NCBI RefSeq assembly: GCF_009914755.1
Contig: NC_060936.1
Direction: 5' to 3' (one strand)
DNA: 64,000 bases
Source of the DNA: the human T2T-CHM13v2.0 reference genome, Homo sapiens
Numbering within the stretch: position 1 is the first letter of the stretch; every line of letters begins with the position of its first letter. Positions 62,312-64,000 of this stretch are shown one piece after another. A program made the translations under genes and the position numbers. The notes beneath the pieces are model-generated. The model did not search any database. It was not told where the DNA came from and worked only from the letters and a program-made list of their open reading frames with translations.

Positions 62312-64000
62312 TGGAGAGGAGGTGGAGCATGATGACCAAGTAGAAGCCTCCACTGTTCATCCTCCCCTCAGGAACACCAAATGTGATAATGATCTACACA
62401 AAAAGCACTTTCATAAGAACCAAAAATCAGCTTAGGTACCAGCTTGGCCGCAGTGGGGAGCAGCACCAAGCAGGCTCTTGTGGTCCCCGATTCCAGGCCT
62501 TGGCTCTTGGGTGGCATTTCTGGACCTGCCCTGGGCTGGAAGAGAGCCCACTGCCCTGAAGGGTGAGTTCCAGGCCTGGCAGCACTCACCACAAGCTGAC
62601 TGAAAGGTCCTTGGGCCTTAAGTGAATGTCGGCGGTAGCCAGGCACTACCTCCCATGGGCCTGTGGTAGTGGTGGAAATGAGGAGAGACCCCTCTGCCTG
62701 GGGAAAGGGGAAGGAAGGGTGGGAAGGACTTTGTCTGGTGGTTTCAGCACCAGCTCAGCTGCAGTAGAATAGAGCATCAGGTAGATTTCTAAGGTGTCTG
62801 ACTCCAGGCCCTGGCTCCTGGACAGCAGCATCTCTGGATCTGACTATGACCTGGGGGATCTTGCCACCCTGAAGGGAAGGTCACCAGCCTGGTTTGCTTT
62901 GCCACCTGCTGACTGTTGAGCCCTACACCTTGAGCAAACATAGGTGGTGGCCAGGCAGTAGTTACAATGAGCTTTGGGTAAGACCCAGTGCTGTGCTAGC
63001 TTCAGGTCTGACCCAACACATTCCCAGTAGTGGTGGCCACAGAGATGCTTATATCACACCCCACCCCCAGCTCCAGGCAGCTTAGCACAGAGAAAGAGAG
63101 AGAGAGAGACTCCATATGGGAGAGAGTAAGGGAAGAGAACAAGAGCTTCTGCCTGCTAATCCTGAGAATTCTGGATTTTATCCAAGACCACCAAGGTAGT
63201 ACCTCTAAGAGTCTGCAATAGCTTCAGCATTACTGGGCATGGGGTGCCTCCTAGTGCAGATACAGCTGCAGCGACCAGAAACTTAGATCACAACACCAAA
63301 GTCCCTTTGAATACCTGGAAAGCCTTTCCAACAAGGATGGGTACAAACAAGCCCAGACTGCAAAAACTATAATAAATACCTAACTCTTCAATGCCCAGAC
63401 ACCGACAAACATCCACAAGCATCAAAACCATGCAGGAAAACATGACCTCACCAAACAAACTAAATAAGGCACTAGGGGGCCAATCCTGGACAGACAGAGA
63501 TATGTGGCCTTTCAGACAGAGAATTCAAAATAGCCGTGCTGAGGAAAGTCAACGAAATTCAAGATAACACAGAGAAGGAATTAGTATCTTATCAGATAAA
63601 GTTAACAAATAAATTGAAATAATTAAAAAGAAGCAGAAATTCTGGAGCTGAAAAATGCAACTGACATACTGAAGAATGTATCAGTCTTTTAATAGCAGAA
63701 TTGATCAAGCAGAAGAAAGAATTAGTGAGCTTAAAGACAGGTTGCTTGAAAATACACAGAGGAGGTGAAAAAAGAATAAAGAAGAATGAAGCATACTTTC
63801 GAGATCTAGAAGTAGCCTTTAAAGGGAAAAATCTAAGAGTTATTGGCCTTAAAGAGGAGGTAGAGAGAGACAGCAGTAGGAAGTTTATTCAAAAGTGTAA
63901 CAGAGAACTTCTCAAAGCTAGAGAAAATATCAATATTCAAGCACAAGGTTATAGAACACCAAGCAGATTTAACCCAAAGACTAACTCAAGTCATTTAATA
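62312..64000 (+). mobile_element. 5' end of an old L1 (L1M1/L1MA type): 5' UTR plus degraded ORF1, antisense to DPY19L2, running off the window
   Basis: ggtggagcatgatgaccaagtagaagcctcc start; ORF1-like ttcagacagagaattcaaaatag...gaaagaattagtgagctt with stops. Confidence 0.88.

Overview
Human (primate) genomic DNA, about half of it interspersed repeat (Alu, L1, LTR, DNA transposon fossils). The only protein-coding content I can support is the 3' end of DPY19L2 on the minus strand: the last three coding exons (61119-61218, 59589-59714, 50869-51019), which splice in frame with GT-AG junctions to give ...[125 protein letters not shown], followed by a 3' UTR of about 1.6 kb. The supplied ORF track misses these exons and its ORFs look spurious. 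The 49 kb downstream of the gene has no CpG island, which fits the functional 12q14.2 copy better than the chr7 pseudogenes. From published knowledge, about 20-48 kb should be the ~28 kb low-copy repeat that drives the recurrent NAHR deletion in globozoospermia; several perfect PRDM9 13-mers lie in it. The best unexplained observations are a diverged tandem duplication of the poly(A) module, an open in-frame 69-nt candidate cassette exon, and several templated-insertion or fold-back scars. I found no convincing new multi-gene system.
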